Assembly (NCBI RefSeq): GCF_021869535.1
Contig: NW_026262745.1
Span: 68,448,001 to 68,512,000 of the forward strand
DNA length: 64,000 nt
DNA from: Mytilus californianus
Taxonomy: Eukaryota
Direction: 5' to 3'
In this document: positions 51,464-64,000 of the stretch, piece by piece
Numbering within the stretch: the first letter of the stretch is position 1
Layout of the letters: each line of letters begins with the position of its first letter
The notes under the pieces: model-generated
Databases searched by the model: none
Told to the model about the DNA's origin: nothing
Seen by the model: only the letters and a program-made list of their open reading frames with translations
Program-made: the position numbers and the translations under genes

Positions 51464-54400
51464 GTAATGCTTTCATCTTTTTAATTTATTCATTTGTTTT
51501 TAAAGTCGAATACTGTACAGTGGTAAATTATAAAAACCTAAACGTTTATAGTTGTGTATCCCTATTGTAGTCATTCTGTCATTCTGGTAAAATTTCGAAT
51601 GAAGAAATGTAACCCAATTTAGAATCTTTTTATTTACGTTAGGATTCTTACGCCGAGCAATTTAGTCTACACTATTATTAAAAAAAATCCCGCCAAAAGT
51701 TTCATTTGACACATAGGGCATCCAACACAGGCCGTCCTTGTTAAGATACCTTAACGTAGAGACATGCGAAAGACATCTAGAACCCAACAAACGTTTTTCA
51801 ACCAAATTAATTAAAATCCAAAGATAAAAACAATTAGACTTGAGTTACGTATAGAAACATGGATCATTGTAAATTTTTAAGTTTAGCTTTGTAAATTTAA
51901 TAAGTGTAGATATAAATGGCAAAGACGAAGATGCTTTAAAAGCAATACTTTGCATTATATAAACAGACAGCACACACACACAAAAACAGAAACACGTACT
52001 GTGAAATAATACCATATCAAAGAATAATTGCATTTAGTGACTAGATGCAAGCTCAAACATAATCAGATTTCTGTTTACTAGTATAAGAAAAATGCTCTTT
52101 TACACTCTCATATCTGCTAAGTTTAACAAAATTGACCTTTCATCTAGATTATCTTTTTTTAATTTTTAACATACGATACACACAATTTTTTTATTGATTG
52201 ATTGATCGTTGCGTGTTTATTGTCCAGTGGAAAGTATTTTATGCATAATAAGGACGATAGCAACTTAACAATTAATGCAATATATAGGTTCTGCAAGATA
52301 GGCCGACCGGGATGAAGGATTTGAAATCAATACTGCCACTGGAAATGAGGGTATGTTGAAAAGGAACATTTTTGTTGTTGCAACCGTCCTCTTACTGACC
52401 CCTCCGATAATTGTTCAAATGGTACTCTCAATTTATCAGGCATTGGATCCATGTCTCCATTTCGACAGGACGTGACTGTGTATGTATAAATCCCACGCAG
52501 CAAAACGAATGCTCTACTTTAGCAAGGTTTTACTGCCGAAACGGGAGAAATCCAGGGACGACAATAACTATATACCCCAATCAACCCTTAAAGTTTATTT
52601 TTTTAATAATTTAATTATAGATACATGTTAAAAATTAAAATAACATTTTGGCAAAATGAATAAACAACAATGTCTAGAACACGAAAGAGAATACTAGACC
52701 ATTACGACTTCACAAAAATGTTATTCAAAATAACAGACAATCTAATTCCATAGACATGCATATAACTTTCAAAACCAATTATGTCTGTCGCAAAAGAGGA
52801 AGTGATATTTAAGCTGCGTTTGAAGAGTAAACATCTCTTCTGCTATAAAACAAATAAGTGAAGGGATTTTTGTTAAAAAATTGTTTTTAAAGTATATGAA
52901 TACATCTATTTAAATTCTACGTTGTGATAAGAGGACTTGATTCATATTGCAGGAGAAAATGGAGAACCGGTCAACATTAGTAAACATTTATTAAATGAAG
53001 AAGAAAAGAAGGAATATAAAAATGGATGGAAAAATAATGCATTCAATGAATATCTCAGCAACCGCATCTCACTGAATAGAACTCTGAAAGACCAAAGAGA
53101 TGAAAAGTAAGTACGACTGAAATTAAATTTGAGAACGGAAATGTGTGTATTTGTCAACGATGCAGCACCCCTATGATACCAATGCAAAAGCAAAAGATCA
53201 ACTTTCTGTCTTTAACAATGATAAAGTGTCCAAACATATGTCAAGCTTTACAACTAGAAAAGAAAAGTTGTTAATAAATTTAACTGGATTTATCAAGATC
53301 TTTCTGAACACCAAATTCGTTAAAAGACAAAAGAAAAAACATAGCAGAGATCACCACTAATAAGGTTTTGGTCGTGGAAACCGATTTATTTCAAGATTCC
53401 GAGATTTTAAACAGGAATGTATCATCAATAAAGCACTGGCATTGTAAAGAATCAGAATTTGAAAATAAACTTGTAATAGTGCTGCTGCAGAAGATCCCCA
53501 TACTACCTTAAGACCCTTACCGAAGTGTGTGCCATGTACACAACAAAATTTAAAACATGTTCTCAAATTAATGTTAATTTCCAGGTGCAAACTTATCAAA
53601 TATCCTGAAGACCTACCTGACGTCAGTGTAATCGTTACATTCCATAACGAGGCTTGGTCTGTGCTCCTACGATCCGTCCACAGTATTATCAACAAAACTC
53701 CTAAGCATCTGCTCAGAGAAGTGATATTAGCAGACGACTGCTCTGATATGCGTGAGTCATCCTTACTGCATATAAAAATAAGAAGATGTGGTATGATTGC
53801 CAATGAGACAACCTTCCACCAAAGTTCAAATGAAGTGGATATAAGCAATTAAAGGCAACCGTACGGCCTTCAACAATGAGAAAAACCCATACCGTATAGT
53901 CGGCTTTAAAAAGCATTGACATGAAATATGTAACAATTCAATTGAAAAAACAAACGGCCTAATTTATAACAAAACAATTTACGAAAAACAAATATGACAA
54001 ACATGATTCAACGACAACCACTTAACTACAGGTTGCTGCCTTGGGACAGGCACATGAATAATGTGGCAGGGTTTAACATGATGTTTAAAGGCACCAACCC
54101 TAACCCTGGACATTGGTTTAACTGTACAACATAAGAACAAACTATAAAAATCAGTTGCAAAGAGCTTAACTCATTAGATCGATACAAATCAGAAAAAAAT
54201 ATCTAACAAAAACACAAAACGGAAAGACAAACAATTGCACACAACAATTCATAGACAACTAATAAAAGACTGATCAATACGAACTTCTTCCTTTCTATAG
54301 CTCGGGTGATGTCAGGTGCTGCGAAAGGGTAGATAGATCATGTTCTACTAAAGGCACTTTTGTTGTTCATGGTAAGTGCAATGATGGGTCTAATTCGGTG

Positions 54401-57400
54401 ACACCGATTTTCCATAACGGTCAACTATCTCGTGAACTCTTTTAATAATTGAAATTATATCGTATTACATTGTCAGCAGAACGACGTTGAATTTACCTTA
54501 ATTTGTGATGTAGAACATAATCATGCTATCACATGGGTATTTTTTCTAATAACATGACTCAAAAAACAGAACGGTCTTAGTATGAAGTTTGAAAAACAAA
54601 CAAAATTTTCCAACATAATTCAAACATCTGATTTCTTTTGATTTCTTTTGAAAAAAACGGACAATGACCAAACCTCCATAATGATCACATTGGTTACACA
54701 TACATGTAATCATAATTGTTACATGTATATAAAATAATCAACAACTGAGATCAAAGAAAGGCTGGTCAGGTTATCGATAACAAAAAGAAAAAAATACGAA
54801 AGCATTGAAAAACACCAAACATGCATTCTGAAGCCCGCCTCCGGGTGCGATATTTCCTCGCTGTGTTGAAGACCCATTGGCGGCCTTCGGCTGTTTTCTG
54901 CTCTTTGGTCGGGTTGTTGTCTCTTTGACACATTTCCCATTTCCATTCTCACATTCCCCATTTCCGTTCTCAATTTTATGGTAAAATTACGTAGCTATTA
55001 AAACTGAAACAGAGACAAACATTGATGAATATAATAATATAGGTTAGATAAATTAGCTGATTTACGGGTCCCAACGTTATGGAGACAAATGTTCAAATTC
55101 AAAATAAATCGATAATATGTAGGTGTGAAACGTGTCCAACTTCCAATACATTTGAAAATGTTCTCTATTCCTCGAATACAAATACAAACTTACCACCAGA
55201 CTAACAACCATTAAGATGACCATTTACTCCAACACAGAACAAAGCAATAAGTCGGCACGTTACACTGAAACAAAACATATTCAAATGCGTTCTTTTTATT
55301 CTCTACACTATTAATTGGTAAATGTTTCTGGTGGTTGCAAACATACACTCTCATGTAATAAATAAAAATAGTATGTTAAAATGCATCAACGCATTTTTTT
55401 AGGTGTGTAAGAATTGAACAAAACTCAATAAGCGTCCACCTTCTCGAATAATTCATGTGTTGGTCAATTTTCAGCTCACTTAGGAGAGCCATTAGAAAAA
55501 TATTTTGTGGACTACCAAAAGGTAAAAATTGTGAGAGCTACAAGTAGGGAAGGTCTTGTAAGAGCTCGACTTAGAGGATACCGAGTTGCAACAGGAGCTG
55601 TGCTGGTGTTCTTAGATTCACACATTGAATGCACTGAAGGTATAGAATGTCCAACATGTATTGAAAAAATACGAATGTATGGTATAATTGCAAATAAGAC
55701 ATCTCTCCGCCAAAGACAAATGACGTAGCTGTTAGCCCATATAGGTCACCGTATGGTGTTCAATAATGAGCAAAACCGATACCTCATAGGAAGCTACAAA
55801 AGGCCTCAACATGAATATGTAAAAACATTTTGAACAAGAAAACCAATAACTTGATTTATTTTTATTTCAACAAATGAAAAACCAATCAGACCATTGTTGT
55901 TTGAATGCAACATATATCTTTGCATGACAACAGCTATGTACCTTTGACGAAGAAAAAAATACGTTTTCTTTTACTTATTATAGAAGAGAGACTACTTATC
56001 ATTCGAGAGCATTTTAAGTCACTTCATTTGGTCTGTGTTCATGGAAATAAAGTGCATGTGTAACATGAATGAAAAGAGATGTGGGGGAAAATATAAATAA
56101 AACAGAAGAAAATAACCAAAGTACTTCTAGAATTCAATATATCATTTTTCTTGGGATCATACCTTCTATGCGTATTTCATGTATTTTTCATCGCACTAAA
56201 TATTCATGTTTCTTCTTTTCTTTTTTTTTAGGGAAGTTGCATTATGGATTCATTTTAATTTAAATTTTCCGAAACACATAAAAATATTAGGGTCGTACAG
56301 GCATAATACTTTTCTGATCTCTTCGAAATCAGCAAATGTTGCTAAAAATATATCATTTATTTATTGACTTATCAGCTTTACGTCCCGTGTGAAATGTTCA
56401 TTAATATAAAGGACGGCAAAAAATGTTAAATTCTGCGAAATTATCACAATGCCATTGCATTGCAAAAAAGAATCGTAATGTAGGTTAAGAAAATTATGCC
56501 TTAAAAAGACCATCTAAGGAAACGTCACAGAGATGGTGCAATGCGTCTTTGTATTTTATTACATCAACCGAGATACTCTCTAAATACAGAAGATCGTATT
56601 AATCGTCAGGATCTTGACAGGACGTTTAACGCATATTGTATATTAAAGATATAATAAATCGTCAACGTTTTATGATCAACCACTTCTGATTATTCTCTGT
56701 TTGAATTTATTAATCTATTTTAGACTTTAACATATTTCATCTAACCTTCAATATCGATCAGTACATTCTTTTCGTTTCAAACCAATACCACGGAAGGGAT
56801 ACATGTATCTGCATGAAAATACGATGTACACGTGAATAAAATTAAGATAAAACTAGAGATCATTGCTGTGCGTCATGAGCAGTACCGGAAAAAAAGAGGG
56901 GCGAAAGACACCAAAGGGGCAAAGTTGGAAACTAACCTACAATGCCATGGCGAAAAACGAAATACAACGGAAAGACAAACAACGATATACAAAACAAAAC
57001 ATCGAAAATTAAAGACTGCATGAGCAACACAAACCTTACAAAAAAACCGGTGGTGATTTCAAGCTCTCCGGCAGGGTAAGGAAATGTAATCCTGTTCATC
57101 ATGTGGCACCTGTCGTGTTGCTCGTGTATGTACAAACCCGGAGACAAATCTAATTCGGTAGGTCACATTGGAGGAAAATAGGATGGGATTGGGGTTACGA
57201 CAATTTGAACATATTTGTCGTCATCTCTGAAACAGATATTCCATAACGGTCAACACTCCGTAAAATAGACGAAAGGATGATATTAACCTCCCCACTTGAA
57301 ACTCTTGGTTCTTTAGCTTCCTTCTGAGCAGCAATCATATATCTAGGAAATCGTGATAGGAAATGCAAGCTCTGGAACATCGTATCAGCTGGTAGATATA

Positions 57401-60400
57401 TACTCATGATGTCAGACATCAATTAGTAAACGAAATCTAAAAGTGATAACATATGTTGTCCATTTGTTATTTTGTACCAGAAATTCACCACAACCGAAAA
57501 GTAGTTCATGTTGTATAATTTATAGGATGAATATTTACATGATCAACAATGGTCTCCCTTTGATATCGATGCATCTGGCAAATCAAATATCTTAATCGGA
57601 GAAAAGGAATATCTCGCAAGAGTTGAAAACTGAGATTATTTATATGTGAAAGGTGGTTTTTATGTTAAACAAGTACTTAATTTTACGTTTTCGAAATGTC
57701 TTTTAAACTTATGTTCACTCTTTGGCTAAAATTACTTGAAAAAAAAGCTTTAACTTTTTTTAGGCTGGATTGAACCTATGTTGGATAGAATAAGCAGAAA
57801 CTGGACGACTGTTGTTACTCCTTGTATAGATGTTATTGATGATGACACTTTTGGCTTCCGGTTCCAAGGTGCTAAAGATATGTTTGCCGGGGGATTTGAT
57901 TGGAAAATGGTTTTCATTTGGCATTCTTTACCGGAAAATGAACAGAAAAGAAGAAATTACGAAGATCATTTGCCGTACAGGTACATGTACACCAACTAAT
58001 AAAATGCTTGAATAACTCAACGTTATGTATTAAACATTTTAAGATTTGACTGTTATAAGCAAAATATAAATGCTTCAAAACTGATTCCTTATAAACATTC
58101 CAAAATATAAATTTTTACGAGGGACTCTAGTGATTTCATACATGTCTTATGTAATGTATGAAGAGTACAATCTTTGGTATTGGGATAATTTATCCAAAGT
58201 AATCTTTTTATGAACCCAATCATAAAACCATATTTATATGTTTTCCTCCTACATGTTTAACTTCATTGATTGTTGCTGTTGTCATGAGTTGTCGTCGAGG
58301 TGATTCACAGTTATCGTGTCGTAAAATACGTATTGTAACACGTTTGATGTGTATCATTTTTTTAGGAAAAGTATTGTAACATGTAAAATAAATATTTTTA
58401 TGTGAAAATGCTGTAACGTTTTTAAAAATGTAAATGCTTACGCTACAAAGTGTAGCAGTTAAAGGAAGGTGTTAAAGATATATAAGAGCATTGCAACATA
58501 TATTGAAATACATTTAACATTTACAGTGCTTGACAGGCAAATGTAAGGATTTTATGAGGAAAACTAATTAACCTTGGTCATCAAATAGTTCGCCCTTGAG
58601 TATCGATATATCACTAAAGAGACATACATTTTCAAAATGCTACGCTCTCTGCACGTTAAGAACCATAACAACAACTCTTCATGAGGGTTGCGAAGGTAGC
58701 GTGTTACAAGGCTAAATTTATATCCCTATTCCAATGTACCCTCTTTTGCCAATGGCAGTCTAAATACTCAGCCTTTCATCCCGGTCCATTACAGGGCCGA
58801 TTGTATGTGTATGAGATATTTTCCACTGGACATAAAGCAAACGACAATCAACCCTGAGAATATTGTAGCTATAAAAGAGGGGCGAAAGATACCAGATGGA
58901 CAGTCAAACTCACAGATCGAAAACAAACTGACAACGCCATGGCCAAAAATTAAAAGACAAACAGACAAATAATAGTACAGATGACACAACATATAAAACT
59001 AAAGACTAAGCAACACGAGCCCCACCAAAAACTGGGGGTGATCTCAGGTGCTCCGGAAAGGTAAGCAGATCCTGCTCCACATGTGGCACCCGTCGTGTTG
59101 CTTATGTTATTACAAATCCGATAAATAGTCTAATTCGGTAGGTCACATTCCTGAAATGGGAAGGGTATTGTAGTTACAACATAAGGAACATATCCGATAT
59201 CATCTGTGAAACGGTTATTCCATAACGGTCAACCAACTCGTGATGGCGTCCGTAAAATTTACGAAGGAGCTCATGTTTACATGTCTTTGTAGGTCTCCAA
59301 CAATGGCTGGTGGATTATTTGCGATCAGTCGTGCATACTTTACTTACATTGGAACATATGATGACGGAATGGACATATGGGGAGGTGAAAATCTAGAAAT
59401 ATCATTTAGGGTTTGTTATGTATTAAATGTTGACTCTTTACATTGCCATCATTAAGAGACAGTTATCAAAGTCTTTGAATTATATTATCAGAAAAACAAG
59501 ACAAAGTGAGAAAACTCATTTGGTCGAGTGTTGTGAAATTAAAAGGATAGATGTTAAATTTCTGCACCCTTATTAAATGTTTAGAGAAGGTTATTGATTT
59601 CGTCGTATCATTACACAGAATGTGATCACATTCTCTTCTTAAACTGCGAGGTATGATAAACGTTGTTCGTGCATTTGTTACTTTATTCTAACTTTTTTCG
59701 ATTTCATTCTGTTTCCCCTATTTTTTGGGAAAACACCTCCTCAAACATACTAGGCTTATAATTTTGAACGCAATACGCGCGTTTCGTCTACAAAAGATTT
59801 ATCAGTGACGTTAGTATCAAAAAGATTAGGAGGACACCTAAATTACGAAATTGAAAAGCATTGAGGAACAAATATTCCGAAGGTTTTGTTAAAGCCATCT
59901 AAGCAATACATGCTTACATTCTTTGGAAAAATATGATATCGCCAAAATGCTCAAGCTTGACTTTTCCAATTCGTTCTTAGCTGAATACTCTTCAGAACCC
60001 TTTAAGTCATTTTGCTCTTAACGTTTCCATGTACTTCTCATCGTTGGCTTTCAAATGTTTTGTGTATGAGGTTTTCCTGATGCAGGTAAATCCAAGAGAG
60101 CGTTTCGAACGCACTAAATGTTTCAAATGTTATTTTCAATATATATTAAAGTACATACATACTTTTCTATAAATCACCTAGATGTTTGTCACGAGTATAG
60201 TCGAATTAGGGTTCAGTGGCGCATCCAGAGGTGGGGTTAGGGGGTTGAACCCCCCCCCCTTTTTTTGGACGATCAATGCATTTGAATGGGAAAATATGGT
60301 TGGAACACCCCCTTTATCCTGGGTTGGGAACCCCCCCCCCCCCCCCCACTTTTTGAAAATGGCTGGATCTGCCCCTGTACCCGGGCCATTCCTTATTGTT

Positions 60401-60619
60401 AATTTCATGCTAATTATAATGTTTCAATTGTAGATATGGATGTGTGGTGGTACGTTAGAAACAACACCATGTTCTCATGTCGGACATATATTCAGGAAAC
60501 GATCCCCTTACAAATGGAGAAAAAATGTTGATGTAGTACGGAGAAATAATATCCGTTTATGTGAAGTGTGGCTTGATGAGTATAAACAGTACTATTACGA
60601 CAAAATAGGCATACAAACG
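51049..60619 (+). CDS. GALNT: Gene 2: polypeptide N-acetylgalactosaminyltransferase (GT27), gly-5/Pgant9-like, 3'-partial (lectin domain lies beyond the window). Exons: 51049-51463, 52953-53106, 53585-53751, 55475-55639, 57764-57980, 59293-59410, 60434-60619
   Basis: Type II TM N-terminus; [17 protein letters not shown]; [20 protein letters not shown]; REGLVRARL; DSH (DxH) metal motif; [11 protein letters not shown]; [11 protein letters not shown]; [16 protein letters not shown]. All junctions are GT-AG and in frame. Confidence 0.95.
52195..52410 (+). repeat. Dispersed repeat family G (gattgattg...gtccagtggcaaatatttcatgcat...aggacga)
   Basis: Related heads at about 38800-38865, 43570-43720, 45465-45520 and 58790-58850 (-). 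Confidence 0.6.
52953..53106 (+). CDS. GALNT: GALNT coding exon 2 (GENGEPV...[23 protein letters not shown])
   Basis: Acceptor attgcag| and donor GAAAA|gtaagt. Not called in the ORF track. Confidence 0.9.
53585..53751 (+). CDS. GALNT: GALNT coding exon 3 ([24 protein letters not shown]...ILADDCSDM)
   Basis: Start of the GT-A fold; ttccag| and |gtgagt. Confidence 0.93.
53775..54200 (+). repeat. Dispersed family A repeat (ataagaagatgtggtatgattgccaatgagacaac...acggccttcaacaatgag)
   Basis: Other copies at 6385-6657, 18190-18322, 28245-28568, 44722-44866, 45148-45205, 50365-50495 and 61000-61350. Confidence 0.8.
54827..54977 (-). repeat. Family B repeat copy with duplicated terminus
   Basis: Reverse complement of 5252-5395 and 43966-44050. 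Confidence 0.75.
55475..55639 (+). CDS. GALNT: GALNT coding exon 4 (HLGEPLEKY...REGLVRARL...[10 protein letters not shown])
   Basis: Contains the DxH motif; ttttcag| and |gtatag. Confidence 0.93.
56895..57410 (-). mobile_element. Family C RT C-terminus plus tail in GALNT intron 4
   Basis: Minus frame includes [16 protein letters not shown]; tail matches 58875-59268. Confidence 0.75.
57764..57980 (+). CDS. GALNT: GALNT coding exon 5 (WIEPMLDRI...[11 protein letters not shown]...)
   Basis: tttttttag| and |gtacat; conserved GWxEP and GGFDW motifs. Confidence 0.93.
58875..59268 (-). mobile_element. Family C tail copy ending about 25 bp before GALNT exon 6
   Basis: agaggggcgaaagataccag...cgtgatggcgtccgtaaaatttacgaagg. 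Confidence 0.8.
59293..59410 (+). CDS. GALNT: GALNT coding exon 6 ([11 protein letters not shown]...[11 protein letters not shown])
   Basis: Gal/GalNAc-T motif; tttgtag| and |gtttgt. Confidence 0.95.
60226..60378. mobile_element. G/C-tract MITE (CAGGGGCGGATCCAG-type ends); second copy at about 36270-36433
   Basis: Imperfect 15-bp TIR; shared core cgatcaatgc.tttgaa.ggg..atatgg.t.gaac. Confidence 0.65.
60434..60619 (+). CDS. GALNT: GALNT coding exon 7 ([28 protein letters not shown]...[10 protein letters not shown])
   Basis: ttgtag| and |gttaga; contains the catalytic His motif. Confidence 0.95.
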
Positions 60620-60730
60620 GTTAGATATTTTTTAATGTTTTGTTAGACATCAGGTTAATGGGAAACAACTCTTAAATTCCACTGGTCCATTTGTGTCAAC
60701 TATTTTCCTAAATATCATAAGCTTCATATT

Positions 60731-62732
60731 AGGGATTTACGCAAATTCTCGGTACCGACTGTTTACACCAACTTTGACAGGCAAAATAAAGGGGATCGTC
60801 TCAAAATAAAAAAAGTACGAAGCAATTAGCATTTCAAGGTATACATGTATGTTGCAAATAACTGTTAAGCAAGATTTTTCACAATGATTTATTCAATTCA
60901 ATTAAGTTTGTTGTCTGTTCAAAAGTCCTGCACAATTCTCCACAATATGTCTCAGCTTTTGTCTTGTATGCCTCCATAAAGGTTTTCGATTGATATAAAC
61001 ATGAGGAGATTTGATTTGATTGTTAATGAGACAACTATCCACCAGAGTTAAAATGAAATGGTAGTAAGCAATTATAGGCCACCGTACGGCCTTCAATAAT
61101 GAGATACTGTATAGTCTGATATAAAAATCCCCGATAGGAAAAATGTAAAACAGTTCAAACGAGAAAACTAACGGCCTAATTTATAACAAGACAATTTACG
61201 AAAAATAAATATGACAGACATGAATCAATGACAACCACTATGCTGTGAGCTCTTGACTTTGGACAGGCACATAAAGAATGTGGCGGGGTTGAACATGTTT
61301 GTAAACGCCGAACCCTTCTCTAACCCGAGACTGTGGTTTAACAGCACAACATAGTTGCGCTTGGGTTTACTCAAAAGACGTATACATGGCATGGTAGTGA
61401 CGATGACTAGAAAAATACAGTTCTCGCGGCTAATCTTGTGGCCTATGGTATTCTATTCCACCGACGGCGGCAGGGATATAAGTCCAAATATCGCGTTTTA
61501 TGCTCAATTCGTTCCGAGCAGGCCACTGCTCTAACGACTCCAAAGGTCTTTGTGGTATTGGTATGTTTTAATTTATGCTTTATTTGTGGCAACATTAACG
61601 TCGAAAATCAACGCGAGAACATGGTATGATGAATATGACTGAAACCACCATATATACAATGTAACCTGATTTTTGTGAGATAATTTGTAGGGTCTCTTAG
61701 TATCTCGTGCAAATAAGTCCTTGACAATCTGCAGAATATCTAGCATGTTTCAGGGGTTTCGCCGGTTGCAAGATATGTGTCTATAAAATGTTTTTTGCTA
61801 CCGTCGTTTACTCAATATATATGAGAAAATAGTGGAATTTGTAAAGCTTTATGATGGACAGATTGAGATTGAAGAATGCATTTAATATCAAAAATAAGAT
61901 ATAACGTACAATGTCTAGTCTTAAAAAGTATTTGAACCCACAATGGTATATAGAAATGCTCTTTGTCCACTATAAAAACTATGTCTAACAGCCCTATCCA
62001 ATTTTCAAAATGGCCATCGCAGCCTTCGAGCGGTCGACTTCTCTACTAAAACTACTAAATGTCGGCTCGAAATTAGATAGTAGAAATGCTCCTGGGACTA
62101 TCATCTACCAAAACTGAGACTGATTATTCCGACAAATTTTAAAACATAGCCACCATGGCCTATGATCGATTGATAGATTTTCGTCAAAAACTATATTATC
62201 TCTGGGTTGCCGTATTTCCAAATTGTTTTCGATGGCCCATGAAGGTTGTCTGATTGGCCCCTTCATACTCTAATTGGTGTCGACAGATTTTTAGGTAATT
62301 TGCTTCTCCCCTACCCCCTACAACCCCCCCTTTCATGGGTTAACCACCCATATCTCTATTTTCGTGTCTGTGGATCTGTGGAACAGGAAAATATATCTAA
62401 CGGAAAACTGGATTTTTCATTTGTACACAATGGCAATGTAGGTGTAGAAAAAAATCATTATCTGGCTTCATATACATATGTATGAGCTTGACTACATATC
62501 CGATTTAGGGGCTCCGATATAAATGTTCTGTTACTGAATATCTGGACTCAAATTTTCCTGCTTATTGTCGATAGAGTGATATTATGCTTCGTCCATGGGA
62601 CTCTAGTTTTATTTGCACAAAAATACCGTATGAATCAAGTGCGCCGTTAAAATCACATTTGAGATGACCCCTTTCATTTTATCTGTCAAAGTCGGTGTCA
62701 ATAGTCGGTACCGAGACTTTCCGTAAATCTCT
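60731..62732. mobile_element. About 2-kb non-autonomous TIR element in GALNT intron 7, with a nested family A repeat
   Basis: About 75-bp imperfect inverted repeats at 60731-60805 / 62658-62732 (gatttacg..a.tctcggtaccgact.tt.acacc.actttgacag). Confidence 0.65.
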
Positions 62733-63494
62733 ACTGACACATGTACAGAATATGTTAATTTTTAGTCTCATGAATATTTTGACAGCATTGAAGAAACTGA
62801 AATTACCTCCTTATATTGTATGTGTTTAGTCTCCACATGTTTCTTGTGAAGCCTATTAAAAAGAGATATTAATTGTACAAACTTAAATTGGTGTTATAGG
62901 TTTATAGTTCTATCATTTGGGACGATTCTATCAGTCTGTGTGTACCTTGTTTTAGTGGCTAATGCCTTGACACTATTGTAAGAGGCGGAAGGACTTAGGC
63001 ATTTATTTTTGCGGGATTCTGGATTTGGCCTTTACTTTCGCGGGAATTTGGGATTTACCCTTAACGGGACTCGGGAATTAATGATTGTTTTTTTTTTTCG
63101 GATCCGGAAAAGAATGCTTTATTTCCCCCTCCATCATGATTGAAACTATACACGTTGAATGTAAGTATCAGTATCTAATTCTAATTAAACTGAACCTCTT
63201 TAGAACCTATTTAGTCACAAATGTCCTTAACAGATTTTCAATTTCAATTTGGTGTTTTGTTAAGGCCTTTTAGTATCAGTGTATTTGCATTGATTTACAT
63301 ATGGTTTGAATCAGTTACCGAGTTCTCTTTCGATTATTTTCCCTGTGGTATATTCAAGCCAAATGTTCTCCGTCCGTTAAACTTTCATGTCTATTGTACT
63401 GACGTTGTTTATCATCTTAATTGCGTGTTGTAGTATAGGTTTCTTTTGATTTGTCTTTGTATATTAATAACCTTTACTGTTTAGTCCAATTTTG

Positions 63495-63915
63495 TTAATA
63501 TCTTTTTGGCGTGGCTCGGTATTTATACATCCCGCCATTGTGTTATTGTGCTATAGTCATTTTTTGTTTTCTTGTTTTTCATTTTTTGCTTATGTGCTTT
63601 GTCTATAGAGTGTCTACATGCCTTTTTCTTTTTCTTTGTTGACATAGTTGTTTGTTTTATAATGATTAAGATAATAACACAATGTTGACTGCTGTACCCC
63701 AATTTTATGACATTTCTACCTATTAAATATTATATTATTTGTTTTACTCACACTTTGTTGTCGATATAATGGAATTTTACGCGACTGTCATACAAGTGAG
63801 AAGTTTCGCTAGCTATAAAACCAGGTTTAATCCACCATTTATTGCCATTTGTTAATAAGGGACTTTCCGTTTTGAAATTTTCCTTAGAGTTCGGTATTTG
63901 TGTTATTTTACTTTT
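63495..63915 (+). repeat. Family D 3'-tail copy, opposite orientation
   Basis: Reverse complement of 14243-14720, with an internal deletion. Confidence 0.75.
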
Positions 63916-64000
63916 TGTTTTCCCTATAACGTTCGTTTATCTTCACTTAAAATCAGTATAAGAGTTGAAATCTTGCTGTACCTTATATTGTTCTAAATTT

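Overview
This is AT-rich eukaryotic (animal) genomic DNA with spliceosomal GT-AG introns. The dispersed repeats look like those of a mytilid mussel or similar bivalve; that assignment is from recall and was not searched. No prokaryotic features (operons, CRISPR, rRNA) were seen. Two multi-exon genes lie on the + strand. Gene 1 (about 4.2-33.3 kb) can be hand-spliced into a protein of about 1,110 aa: signal peptide, 16-Cys TNFR-like ectodomain, one transmembrane helix, STAND (nSTAND3-like) P-loop NTPase and 12 ankyrin repeats. This is a cell-surface receptor fused to an NLR-like module and is the main candidate for an undescribed system. As assembled, it has a 1-nt frame conflict just before the TM exon. 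Gene 2 (51.0-60.6 kb, continuing past the window) is a polypeptide GalNAc-transferase (GALNT, gly-5/Pgant9-like). The rest is dense in transposon relics: a Penelope-like RT with a hammerhead ribozyme and no C-terminal endonuclease, a tandem hammerhead array, many RT-thumb plus 3'-tail fragments, a hAT transposase fossil, a LINE 3' end, a SINE, several MITEs and a CpG-rich foldback repeat. All exon chains and alignments were made by eye.
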